From contig OZ251225.1 of assembly GCA_965240325.2 (NCBI GenBank), positions 930,001-994,000 of the forward strand: a stretch of 64,000 nucleotides of DNA, in the 5' to 3' direction. The notes beneath the pieces were generated by a model, which was not told the DNA's origin, ran no database searches, and saw only the letters and a program-made list of their open reading frames with translations. Within the stretch, counting starts at the first letter, position 1; the number at the start of each line of letters is the position of its first letter. The stretch is from Rebecca billardiae RCC1528 (Eukaryota; Protista; Haptophyta). Made by a program: the position numbers and the translations under genes. Shown in pieces: positions 11,430 to 22,895 of this stretch.

Positions 11430-14212
11430 TCATCCCCTGCCCCAGATGCGCGAGAGCAGGCCGCCGCGCCGCTCTTGCCGCTTGAGGGCGGACACGTCTG
11501 GCAGCCGCGCCGCCGTGTTGCGAGCCACGTCGAAGAGCAGCGGCTTGCACGCCACCGCCTCGAAGGGCGGGGGCAGCTGGATCAGATGGAACTCGGGGCC
11601 CGCCCCGCCAGCCTGCGCGGCGGGCGCGAGCGCGGTGCACGCCCAGAGGCCCAGGTCGTCCAGCACGTGGGGCGAGGGCTGGCCGCCGCCGCGCCCACTC
11701 GGCGCGTTGGCGAGTGTGAGCTGCTCGAGTCGCGAGGCGGGGAGCCCCTCGGGCTGCTGCGCCTGCACCCGCTGGAGCAGCGCGCTCGCCCTGAGCCGGC
11801 AGCGCGCGCCCGCCACCTCGGTGTGCAGCGTCTCGAGCGCCGCCCTCTCCGCCTCCATCTCCTCCGCTGGGAACTGCGGCAGGCGCGGCGGGGGCGGGCG
11901 CGGGCGCGGGCGCGGGGGCGGGCGGCGGCGGGCGCGGCGAGCGTGAGCGTCGTCGGGCGTCGCGCCGGCGGGGGCGGGCGGCAGCGCACGGCCGCGTCAC
12001 CGGCGCCGGCGCCGGCGCGCGCGTCGAGCGCGGCCGGCGCGCGCGGTGCGCGCGCGCGCGCACCAGCGGCGCCGGCGCCGTGACCTGCTCGAGCTGCTGC
12101 TCCGCCGTAGCCATGTGCTCGTCGGCGCGGTCGAGCAGTGCGCGCGCGTGCGCCCAGCGCGCCGCGCCCATGCACGAGAGCGCCAGGTAGAAGCAGCGGT
12201 GCGCCTTGGCCGAGGTCGCCGCCAGCTCGAGCGCGAGCAGGTCGGGGGCGTCCTCGTGTGCGTCCAGCAGAGCGCCCGTCTCGCCGAGGCACTCGAGCAC
12301 GACCGCGTAGACGCGCGCGATGTCCTCGGCGGTGACGAGCCGGCCGCCGGTGCCCGGCGCCGCGCCGCCGCTCGGCGCGGCGGCGTCGGCGCGCGCCGTC
12401 CCGCCCACGCGCTCGCGCATGTCGAGCAGCATCACGCCGTGCCTGCGCACGGTGTGCCGCAGCTTGCGCACAGAGAAGTACGTCTGCAGCGCGGAGAGCT
12501 GCGACGCGTCGGCGCGCGGCGCGGCGCCGCCGGGCTTGGCGCCGCCGCCGCGCGCCTCGGCCTTCGAGTCCGCGCGGATGATCTCGAGCGCGTCGTTGTC
12601 CTCGACGAGCAGCTGGTCGTACAGCTGCAGCAGCGGCTCGGACCGCGAGCGCGCGCGCTTGCCGCCGGCCGGCTGCGGCGCGGCCGCGTCGGCGCCGTCG
12701 GCCGCGGGCGCCGCGGCGCGCAGCGCGGCGTGCGCGTCTCGGATCTGGGTCATCAGCTCCTGCGCGCGCAGCGGGCGCGGCCGCGGGCACGCGCGCGTGA
12801 GCGCGCCGCGCGCGCGGTGCGCCGTGCCGCCGCGGCGCTCCCGTTGCCCCGGCGCCGCGCCGCGCGTCCCCGGCGCGCCGCGCGCGTGCGTCAGTGCCCA
12901 GTGCATGTGGACTCATGGCCCGCCGCGATTCAGACGGCGGGCTCAGTATTAACGAGATTCCTTTTGCAAATCGTCAGCCGCACGCGCGCGACGCGCGGCG
13001 CTGCTGCGCGCCGGCCTCCGCCGGGGCCCGGCGCCGTCGCGCGCCGCACGGCCGAGCGGCCGGCGGGCGGGCGGGCCGCGGCCGGCGCGCAGCGAGGCGC
13101 CCGCGTGCGCGCCCCGCCCCTCCCCACGGCGGGTGCCCCGGCGCCGCCCGCGCGCCGCGCCGCGCGCACCTGCGCGCGCAGGATCGAGACGCGCAGCTTC
13201 TCGTTCGTCACGGGGATCGGCTGCTGCCGGAAGACGATCTGGTCGAGGGACGCGGCCTGCTTCGCCTGCATGTCCGCCAGCATCGGCTCGAGCTTGGAGC
13301 GGAGGAGGTTGGAGGCGAGGTTGTGCGAGTCGTCCTTGAGCAGGTCCACGATGGACAGCTCGTCGTCCGCCTCCCCCGCGCCCTCCGCCTCCGCGCCCTT
13401 CCCGCCGCCCCCGGACATCTGCAGCTCGTACCGGGCGTAGCGCGCGATGGGCTGGATCTCGTCCGCCATCTCGCGGTACAGCTGCTGCTCGCCGAGCAGC
13501 GAGACGCGCGAGAGCTCGGAGTAGATGGTCTGCGCGCGGAAGAAGGAGCGGAGCGCCGAGGCCCAAGACTCGCGCTCGAGCGCGTGCGTGCCCACGATCC
13601 ACGCGGCGTACGCCTCCGCCTCGAGCAGCGTGCGCTTGTCCGCGCGCTCGGCGCACAGCGCGTGCAGCTCGGTCGCCCAGCGCGCGGCCTTGGCGAGGCG
13701 GTGGAGCATGTGGTGCCGCGGGCGCAGGTCGCCGCTCGACTGGCGCTTCAGGTGCATCGCCAGGCTCCACGCGCGCTCGGCGTTCATCAGCGGGATCATC
13801 AGGTGGCGCGCGTCCGTGCATGCGTCCGCGCGCAGCGTGCGCTTCGAGAAGCGCGACTTGCTGCCGTGCAGGAAGCCGACGGACTTGCGGATGCGGCGCA
13901 CGCGCTTGGTGCAGTACGCGCGGTAGCGCTCGTAGTCACCGTGCCGCAGGCCGTGCTCGTTCTGCGACGTCTTGATCAGCTCCAGGACTGCGCGCGCGCA
14001 GTGCCGCGCGCCGTGCCGGCGTGCGCGCGGATGAGTGCGCCTTGCGCGCGCGCGCGTGCAGCGCGCGCGTGCTGAGCCCGCGAGCGCGCGCGCGTGGGCG
14101 CGGGTAGGCGCGCACTGTGAAGCGTGAGCGGCTCGAGCGGCGCCGCGGGCGCGCCCGGCCCCGCGTCCGCCGCGTCGTCCATGCGCGCGTCGACGTCATC
14201 TGCGCCCTCCAT
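11430..14212 (-). CDS. SRP68: Signal recognition particle subunit SRP68, 4 exons: 14212-14116, 13987-13170, 12759-12064, 11873-11430
   Basis: [52 protein letters not shown], and C-terminal [17 protein letters not shown]. All GT-AG junctions are in frame. Confidence 0.93.
12886..12983 (-). ncRNA. Intronic box C/D snoRNA with two LSU rRNA guides, in SRP68 intron 2 (12760-13169)
   Basis: Sense strand: C-like UGACGA (12976-12971), guide GGAAUCUCGUUAAU (12961-12948), D' CUGA (12946-12943), 8-bp hairpin, guide GCACUGGGCA (12904-12895), D CUGA (12894-12891), 12-bp flanking stem (12879-12890/12979-12990). The guides are complementary to the conserved LSU rRNA segments AUUAACGAGAUUCC and UGCCCAGUGC. 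Confidence 0.88.
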
Positions 14213-14409
14213 CTCTGCCGAGGCCGCCGCGTGGCGCGCAGGTGGGGAAAATAATCCGGTGCGCCTGATGATGGCGACCCGGACTTGTCCGGGACGCCTT
14301 CCGGTTGCACCGTTTCACCGGAAAAACGACCGCGCGCTTTTTCTTTCGAACCGGCTGCTGCAACCCGCGGCCGCGCGCCCGCCCGTGCAGAGGGACTGCG
14401 CGCGCAACG

Positions 14410-17400
14410 ATGGACTCCTCGGACCTTGAGCTCGGCCTTGAGCTCGGCCAGCCTCGGCTTGCGTGGCAGCCGGCCGAGCATGCGCTCACCGTCATGCCCG
14501 AGCCCTCGCCGTCCTCCGACCGCCGCCGCTCCACGATGGTGTCGATCGGCATGCAGCAGAAGGACGTGCAGTGGCAGCGCATCCGGTGCGCGCCGCCGTC
14601 CTTCCGTGGGAGCACGCGCCGCCGCGAGCGCTCCGTCGGCGCGAACCGTGACTCGTCATCTCACGCGCGCGCGTCTCACTCCCGCGCGCGACCTGTCCTC
14701 CACGCGCAGCGAGCTCACGGACACCCTGCAGAAGGAGCGCGACGTGTCGGCCGGCCTGACGACTCGCTTCCACGAGTTCCAGCGCGAGGCGTCGGCCAAG
14801 GAGCGGCAGCTGCAGCAGCTCGTCGAGGCGAAGGAGCAGATGGCTATGGCACGCGCGGCGGAGCTCGAGGCCCATCGCGAGGCCGCGCGCACGCGCGAGC
14901 AGCAGCTCCTCGACGACGTTGCCGAGGCGCAGGAGCGCGCGCGCACGCTCGAGGACGAGCTCGGGAGTGCGCGCGCCGAGGCGGCGCGCGCCAAGGAGGC
15001 GCTCGACGCGGCGGAGGCCGCGCACGCTGAGGAGCTCGCCGCACGCGATCGGCTCCTCGAGGCCGACGAGCTCGACGCCGACGGCATCGCCGGCAAGGAG
15101 AAGGGCCTCGAGGTGGTCGAGCGCGCGCTGCTCGAGCGGGCGCGCGGGGCCAAGACCGCCGCCGCCGCCGAGCAGCCGCTCATCTCGCTCGACGACGAGG
15201 CGGGCGACAACCCCGAGGACGCGGGCTCGTCGCGCACGAGCGTCGCCCGCATGATCGCCGACGGGCGCTCCGGCCTCGAGGTGGCGCGCGCACTCGTCGA
15301 CGAGGCGGCGTGCTCGGGCCGCGCAGAGGTGGAGGACTCGGTGGAGCAGATGGCGCGCCGCTGGCGGCAGGAGCGCACGGTGCGGCGGCAGCTGCAGAAC
15401 ACGCTGCAGGAGATCAAGGGCTCGATCCGCGTGATGTGCCGCGTGCGCCCGCTCTCGAACGCCGAGCGCGAGCGCAGCACCGACGAGGTGGTGCAGCTCT
15501 CCAACGACATGGCGTGCACGCTCGTCGACCCGTCCAAGCCGAGCGCGCGCCGCCACTTTGGGTACGACCGCGTCTTCGGCGCCGCCGCGTCTCAGGCGGA
15601 GGTGTTCGACGAGGTGCAGCCGCTCGTGCAGTCGGTGTTCGACGGGCAGAACCTGTGCATCTTCGCGTACGGCCAGACCGGCTCTGGCAAGACGCACACC
15701 ATGCAGGGCTCGCACGACGACCCGGGCGTGGGTCCGCGCCTCCTCGGCGCCGTGTTCACCGAGGCGGCCGAGCGGCGCGCGCTCGCCGAGGCGGCGCGCG
15801 CCGAGGCGGCGGCGGCGGGCGGCGGCGCGGGCGGCGGCGCGGGCGGCGCCGACGCGGACGACTGGGAGTACGCCGTGAGCGTGAGCTACCTCGAGGTGTA
15901 CAACGAGGCGGTGCGCGACCTGCTCGCCCCCGGGCCCAAGCCGGTCGGCGTGGACGTGCGGCAGGCGTCTGGGACGGAGGTGCACATCCCCAACCTCACG
16001 CAGGTCTCGGTGTCGAGCGCGGAGGAGGTGACGGCGGCGCTGCGCACGGGCGCGTCGAAGCGCGCCGTGGGCGCGACCAACATGAACGCGCACTCGTCGC
16101 GCTCGCACTCCCTCGTCCTCGCCACCATCACGGGCAGGCACGCGCGCACCGGCGCGGCGGTGAGCGGCAAGATGTACCTCGTCGACCTCGCGGGCTCGGA
16201 GCGCGTCGGGCGCTCGGGCGCGGCGGGCGAGCGGATGACCGAGGCGCAGAACATCAACAAGAGCCTCTCGGCGCTGGGCGACGTGATGGCCGCGCTGCAG
16301 TCCAAGGCGTCCCACGTGCCGTACCGCAACTCGAAGCTGACGCAGCTGCTCGCCGACTGCCTGGGCGGCCGCTCCAAGTCGATCATGTTTGTCAACGTGG
16401 CGCCCACCGCCGACTCGGCCGGCGAGACGCTGTGCTCGCTGCAGTTCGCCTCGCGCGTGGGCTCGGTCGAGCTGGCGAGCGCCAAGCGACCCGGCGCGGC
16501 TGGCGGCGGGGGCGGCGGCGCAGCGCTCGCGCTCAAGCTCTCGCGCGACTCGGAGGACAAGCTGCGCGCCGAGCTGATCGAGAGCAAGGACAGGCTCGCG
16601 GCCGCCGAGCGGCGCGGCGCCGAGGCCAGCGCGGCGCTGGCCGAGGCGCAGCGCCTGGCGGCGGAGGAGCTCGAGTGCGCGCAGTCGGAGCGCGAGGGCG
16701 TCGAGTTCGCCGCGCGCGCCGAGGCGGACCGGCTGAGCGCCGAGCTCGCCCAGGAGGTGCGCCGCCGCGAGCTGGCGGAGGCGGCGGCGGCCAAGGCGGC
16801 AGACGCGGCCAGCGCAGAGGTCGGCGCGCTGCGCGCAGAGGTGGAGCGCGCGCGGGGAGCGCTCGAGATGGCGCACGCGGCGGCTGCGAGTGCCGTCGCG
16901 AGCGGGGCGGCCGGTGCGCCGGGCGGCACGCGCGCGCTCGTCCCCTCGGCGCACGACAAGGCGGCGGCTGTGGCCGCGCTGCGTCAGCAGGCGATGGCCG
17001 CGCGCTCGGCCGCGGGCGGCGGCGGCGGCGCTGCCGCCGCCGCCTCCGCCGGCGCAGCTACCGCGCAGGCGCAGCCGCCGCCAGTGCCTGCGCCCGAGCC
17101 GATGGCGCCGGCGGCACCGGCTGCGCCGCTGGTCGACGTGGCGGTGATGGCCGCGGCCGCTGCGCCCACGCCGCCGCCGCCGCCCGCCGGCCCTGTGGCG
17201 GCGCCGCCCGTCAGCTCCGCGCCCGAGCCGCCCGCGGCCACCTCCGCATCGGCCGCGCCGGCGAGCAAGCTGGTCCGCTTCGCCGAAGGTCGTACCGCCC
17301 TTACGGATGAGCCGGCTGCAGCCGCGGCGCAGGGCACGCCCGCTCGCGCCGCCGCCGCCGCCGCGCGCGCGCCCGCAGCCAGCACGCCGCGCGCCGCTGC

Positions 17401-18223
17401 GGCGCAGCTCCGCGCCATGCCCGCGGTGCAGGCGCTGTATGGCGCCAACGCGCTGACCATCTTTGAGGACGCGCCCACGGCACAGCCGCGCAAGGCAGAG
17501 CCGCCGCCGAGCGCCGAGCAGGCGGAGAGCACGCTGGTCTCGGTCCACGCCGGCGCCGGCGCGGAGAAGGAGAATGCCGCAAACGACTCGCGATCGACGG
17601 TCACCGGCGAGCTTGCCGCCGCACCGCCGGGCTTTGGCGCCGGCGGTGGCGCCCCGCACTCGGCACTCAAGCCGTCGCTCAAGCAGTCCTCCGTGCTCGG
17701 CGGCGGCATGTCGAAGGCGGGCGCGGCGGGCGTGCACGCGACCTTTGCGAGCACGCTGCCCACCACGTCCACAGCGGATGCCCATTGCGAGGCTGACAAG
17801 GTGCGCCTCGCCGGCGGCAACGGATCCCGAGCGATCCTACCGCATCCCCTGTCGCGCCGCCGCGCCGCGTGCGCGAGCCGGTCTCTCCCCGAGCCGGTGG
17901 CCTCGCGCACGCCCTGAGGCCGCATCGCCCCCGTGCGCGCGCGCGCGCGCGCGCAAACGTGCGTGCAGATTCGTTCGGCGGTGGCAAGCGGCACCGTGGC
18001 CGCAGTCCGATTCAACTTTGAGCCCTCGTACGCTCACGCGACCAATTCCTCCTCTTCGCGCTTCGGCGGGCTTGGCGGCGCGCAGCGCGTCGCGGCGGGG
18101 AGCAAGGCGGCGGCGAGAGGCGGCGCGCGCATGTCGGAGGCAGGAGGTGCGCGACTGTCTTCCCTGCCGCGTCCGAGCGCGCCGCACGCGCTCTTCGCGG
18201 CATGCGGCGCGTCCGGCACTTGA
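14410..18223 (+). CDS. Kinesin-14 family motor (coiled coil + motor + low-complexity tail), exons 14410-14585, 14710-17800, 17969-18223
   Basis: Neck LQNTLQEIKGSIRVMCRVRP, P-loop FAYGQTGSGKTHTM, switch I NAHSSRSH, switch II LVDLAGSER, HVPYRNSKLT. Confidence 0.93.
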
Positions 18224-18759
18224 GCACATCCAGCATGCGTGATGCGACACTCATTTTGCCCCTTTGTCTGGCGCGACGTTCACACACTCACACACACCCT
18301 CCCTCCCCATCGCGCACTGCCGCTCGGCGCACAGGTCGTGGTGGGAACAGGCGCATGTCTCTCGTCGCGCGACAGTCGCTCGCGACGGATCATGGCTTCC
18401 GCCGCCAGGTCGCGCAGCCATGGGATGACTCGACGGGCATGGGCGATGGGCGCAGCCACAAGCGCAAGCGCTTCTAATCGGTAGCACGTTGCGTGGTCGT
18501 GAAGACAGGCGGAACCTCACGGGTCAGGCAGAATCTTGGCGATGGCGAGGTGGACGCGTCGATTCAGTCACCATCCCCGATGGATGACAGGATGAGGCGG
18601 GCCCAGCAGTGCGGGCGGGCACCACCGCCATTGTTGGTTGTACGTATTCGGTCTCGGAAAGTCCTTATGGGGGTACGGAACCACGGGTTCCTGTCGATTT
18701 CCGATTGGACCAATGGGGTACGTATTGGACCACAACGCGCGCGCGAGCTTCAATGAACG

Positions 18760-19599
18760 ATGGTGCTCGTGCACATCCGGGCGGATAAGAATGATGAGGC
18801 CCGCGACGAGTTCCTCTTCGAGACGCGCTGCACTCAGCCGCTGCGGGACCTTGTCGAGCATGCACTCGAGCTAGTTGCCCTGAGGGCGCAGCTGCGCTCT
18901 CTCGCCGCCGCACGGGCTGATGTTCCCGCGGCGCTGCTCGAAGTCCTCTCGCCGCATGCGATCCGGCAAAAGCGGCTCAGCGTGGCGCACGCGCTGCGCG
19001 AGCATGTGGCCGCTGCAACACCTTCGCATGACGATCAGACGTCAGCACTCGTCCGCCCCGAGCTGGTCTTTGCCTCGCGCACGCTGCCAGCTGACGACAC
19101 GCCCCTCTCCAAAATCGTCGGCACCAACGAGAAGAGCAAGGTGACATTCACGCTGCGCTCGGGCGGCGGCGCGGATGGAGCTCCCGCAGCCGCCGCGCCA
19201 GGCAAGCGCGAGAGATCAGTGGAGATCGCTGGCAGCGAGACCCTGGATGCCGCCGAGGTGAGCCTTCTCAAGTTTGTCAAGCGCAAGAAGGAGTGCGCGG
19301 CTGCCCCGGCAGCAGCCGATGCCAACACGCTTCAGGCGGCTGGTGCCCACGCGGCCGACGAGGATGACGAGGACGAGGAGCGCCCGCGGCTGACATCCGA
19401 GCAGTTGGCTCGACTGTGTGCGTGCGCCGCCGTACGCGACGCACTGCGGAGCGAGGAGCTGCGCCGCGCACTCACGCACATCAACTCGTCCGCTACTCCT
19501 GAGCGCGAGCTGGACAAGGCCATGCATGAACCGGCCTTTGCGACGTTTGTGCGCACCATGCTTGTGTCAGCGGGTGTTCGCGCCCCCGACGCTGAGTAA
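18760..19599 (+). CDS. Protein with a CFAP298(C21orf59)-like N-terminal region and a ZNHIT3/Hit1-like C-terminal helical domain
   Basis: N-terminal MVLVHIR..DEFLFET and LVFASRTL..LSKIVGTNEKSKV resemble CFAP298. C-terminal RLTSEQLARL..VRDALRSEELRRAL..LDKAMHEPAFATFVRTML resembles the ZNHIT3 C-terminus. Single 279-aa ORF. Confidence 0.65.
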   Translation: MVLVHIRADKNDEARDEFLFETRCTQPLRDLVEHALELVALRAQLRSLAAARADVPAALLEVLSPHAIRQKRLSVAHALREHVAAATPSHDDQTSALVRPELVFASRTLPADDTPLSKIVGTNEKSKVTFTLRSGGGADGAPAAAAPGKRERSVEIAGSETLDAAEVSLLKFVKRKKECAAAPAAADANTLQAAGAHAADEDDEDEERPRLTSEQLARLCACAAVRDALRSEELRRALTHINSSATPERELDKAMHEPAFATFVRTMLVSAGVRAPDAE

Positions 19600-20182
19600 A
19601 GTGTCTGAAACGGCGGCGTATGCGCGACGACTCGATGGGCTGCTGGCAGGCGTACGCGACGGTGGCGCGCCATCCGGCGGCCGGCGCAGCTTGGCACGAT
19701 TCAGTGCCATTTGGGCCTCGCGCCAGCGGTCCTAGCGGCTAGAATGACCGCCGCCGGCGCCTGTCGGCGCCGTGTCGCAGCAGTCTGCAGTGGCGCGGGC
19801 GCCCGGCGGCGGCTCAATCTTTCCGCGACGACGTCCGGTGCCCATCCTCGGGTCATCATCCGGTTCGCTCGTCAAATTTAATCCGACTAGGTAGTCACAG
19901 GTGCCTTATTGTCATCAAATTACCGAGGCCCGCGACTTGAGTTAAATCATATAAATGAGACTGAGTAGACTGAGTAGTTAGACGCCGGACCGTGTCACTC
20001 CGATATGACTGTGAGTGTGACTGAGACTAATAACTACTGTCATTATTACTTAGAGACGGTCGTCGCTGACGGCTGAGTCACGAGTGCCGTAGTCGTAGAC
20101 TACGCGGGCGTAGAATGCGGTAGCAGTAGTCTCAGTGCCGTCTCATGACAGTGGCGACACGCCGAATAGTCTGACCGCGTAC

Positions 20183-21971
20183 TAGGGGGTCCAGGCCCTC
20201 AGCCTAGCGGTTGGGGGTATTCGACAGGCCTGCCATGTAGGTGTCTGTCGAGGCTGTCGCCTGTTGAAGTGCCCTCTAGTATGCCCCCCAGCCCAGCCCA
20301 GCCGTCAGAAGCACTCAAAACCGACTCCGCGTGCCGTCGCGCCGTCGTGCGGGCGCGCTGCCGGCCACTTTGTGTCACATAGAGATTCAGCGAAGTGGTA
20401 CCCACCCGTGATGGCGGCTAGATGACGGAATGCGGTCGGTAGTACTTATTGACAACCGTTGCCACTCAGTCGAATGAATTTATGATGCAGCGACTGAATA
20501 TTTGGCGCACCATGCTGGGCGCGTAGAAATTCAGGAGAAACAGCAGCAAGATCGAGCATGTTACCCATTTAAATACAGATAGATACCCGTAAATATGAGC
20601 ATGTGTGTACCCGTACATACTAACGGTCGATGCGAGTCCATATGTATTCAAATCAATGTCTATATATGTGGGTACGTTCGAATACGGGCGCCGGAGATGA
20701 ATATGCGGGCTCGGTCGCAACACTGGCGACTCAGCCGGCACCGGCGCCGCGTCGCCAGTCGTCCTACCCCAGCCCATGAGCCCATGCGAGGCCACCACCG
20801 GTCTACGATTACCGCGGCTGCAGCGGCCAGCCACCGAGGCGGCCTCCGGCTCGGCGAGCTGCTCGGCGGCGAGCTTCGCGCTCTCTGACTCTGCTGCCAC
20901 GCCCGCCGTGCTCACCGCCTTGACCATAGTGCGGTCCGCGCGCTGCTCCGCTGTGATCGCCGCCAGATCCTCACGCCGCGCCTTGGCCTCGGATGTGCCT
21001 GCGCGGCTGTTGGCGGCCGTGATGGCGCCGGCGGGCTCGGCGTCGCGCGCCTGCTCCGCGGTGAGCGTGACGTCCGTGCGCGTTCTTTGCTTCGCACATC
21101 CGTGCTGCAGCCCCACTATCCAGGCGTGCGCCTCGGCCGTGCACAGAGAACAGGCAGGGCCAAGGAAGCGGCCACTCGAGGCGGAACGCGAGAGATTCAA
21201 ACCAGTAGTGCACCACCTTCTTGTTCAACAGGCCATCCTTGCCGAGCTGGGTCCATCCTGAGCGCCGTGGCGTTCTCGTGTGCCTTGAGTTGTTGCTAGA
21301 GCGCGCGGACATCGCCCAGCGAGAGGAGGTTGATGCGCTCGCGCAGCCGGCACCGGTAAGAAACTAGCGGCAGGCATCATGATGATTACATTCAGCGTAT
21401 CGGCGTCGGAGAGAGGCAGCACACGCGACGGCGCGCGCTCGCCAACGCCTGCATGAGTGAATGCGGCAGTGGAAAGCATGCGCGCGGGAGTACCGCGGGG
21501 CCATCAGGGGGGCAGGTACGTGCGCAGGAACGCTACACATGGAAGGAGTATGTGTTGGGGACCGCGTATGCGCACCGTATGCGTGCGCGGCGCGCGCGCA
21601 TCACCTGCAAGGGGAGCACCCTCCTCCATCTCGAGCGCATGAGCCAGCTTGAACGCACTGGCACGCGTGCAACCTCGCGGTTTCAATGTCCGACGCCGGC
21701 GACCGATATGTCCGGGGACTTCATGGTGGTCACGTAGACTCGCTCGATCGGGCGCTCTCGACGCTCGTACGCGCTCTGTCGCGCCGAGGCGACGGTGGTG
21801 GTGACCGTCCAGTCGTGCATCTCCGTCGCCGCCAGCCCACTGAACAGCCCGACCCGGCAGCTCGCCGCGTACGCTCGCGGCGCTCGAATTTATGGCGAAA
21901 CTCGCGCTCACTCCACTTGAAAACCCGTCGAGGCATTTTTTCGATTTTATTTTGGTGTGCTGGACCCCCTA
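20183..21971. mobile_element. Non-autonomous or decayed hAT-like DNA transposon, 12-bp TIR TAGGGGGTCCAG, 7-bp TSD CGCGTAC
   Basis: TIRs at 20183-20194 and 21960-21971. CGCGTAC at 20176-20182 and 21972-21978. Confidence 0.82.
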
Positions 21972-22382
21972 CGCGTACGGCTACTATAAGTTCTGCCGTA
22001 GCCGCGTCGCGTACACGACGCGCGGCATTTTGAGAGTCTCTGACTGACTCAGTGCCACTACGCCGGCCGGCCGCCGTCTATGGCGCCCGGGTCGGGCACC
22101 GGGCGGCACCGGCGCACGGCGCGGCCCCGGTACACGCAGGTCCGGAGTACTCGTTGTCATTAAATTAAGTTATTTTTTAAAAAAAGACAAAGTGACCGGC
22201 CGCGTAGCCGAGTGAGCAATAGCCCATCGATCTCTCTCTCGACTCTCTCTCTCTCTCTCTCTCTATAAATGCTGTCAGGCGGCACGTCCGGACTCCGGAC
22301 CGCACGGTCGGACCCTCTGCAGACTGCAGGACAGCAGGTCGACCGCGATGCGCCCATCACGCGATTTCCCGCCGGTAGTCAT

Positions 22383-22895
22383 TCACTGAGCACAGCTGAC
22401 GGCCGACTGGCCGGCGCCGGCCCAGACCGGGCGTCGTGGTAGAACCGACGCGCCATGAGCGAGCACGTTGTCCTTGGCGCGGAGGGGATGTGTTGCCCTC
22501 GCGCGGATAGCGCCCGGGTCAGCGCTCTGCGACCGCACTGGGTCTCGGCGCGATTGCGGGCACAGCAGCGCATGGGCAAACAGCACAGCTTCGCGCGTGG
22601 GGGCTCGGGTGACGGGTGGGGCTGGCGGGCACTCGGACCGTTCGATGATGTAAGCGATCGCCGTATCGGCCTCCCCATCCGAGGCCAAGAGGGCGCGCTC
22701 GATGCGTTCATGGATGCTGCGCGCACTCACGCCAGCCGCGCAAAGGCCGTCATGCACGCGCAGTGCCTGCTCCTCGGAGATGGTCTCCGGCATGACCGAG
22801 GCCGATCTGCCAGGTGGACTGAGCGGACCTGGCGATGCGGCGTCGGCTTCACCGGTAACATTCATCGCCTGCAGCTCGTTGAGGTGGTTAGGCAT
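22383..22895 (-). CDS. Small protein with a possible UBA-like domain; 3' structure uncertain
   Basis: LCAAGVSARSIHERIERALLASDGEADTAIAYII fits a three-helix UBA pattern. Confidence 0.35.
   Translation of the reverse strand: MPNHLNELQAMNVTGEADAASPGPLSPPGRSASVMPETISEEQALRVHDGLCAAGVSARSIHERIERALLASDGEADTAIAYIIERSECPPAPPVTRAPTREAVLFAHALLCPQSRRDPVRSQSADPGAIRARATHPLRAKDNVLAHGASVLPRRPVWAGAGQSAVSCAQ

Noticed and set aside
12895-12961. rRNA-identical 10- and 14-mers considered as an rDNA fragment
   Set aside because: They are short, non-contiguous and sit directly next to CUGA boxes. They are better explained as snoRNA guides.
22231-22264. (CT)n, (TCA)n and isolated (TA)n runs (also about 9966, 10960, 24660, 43651, 48162)
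   Set aside because: Ordinary microsatellites with no associated element that I could identify.
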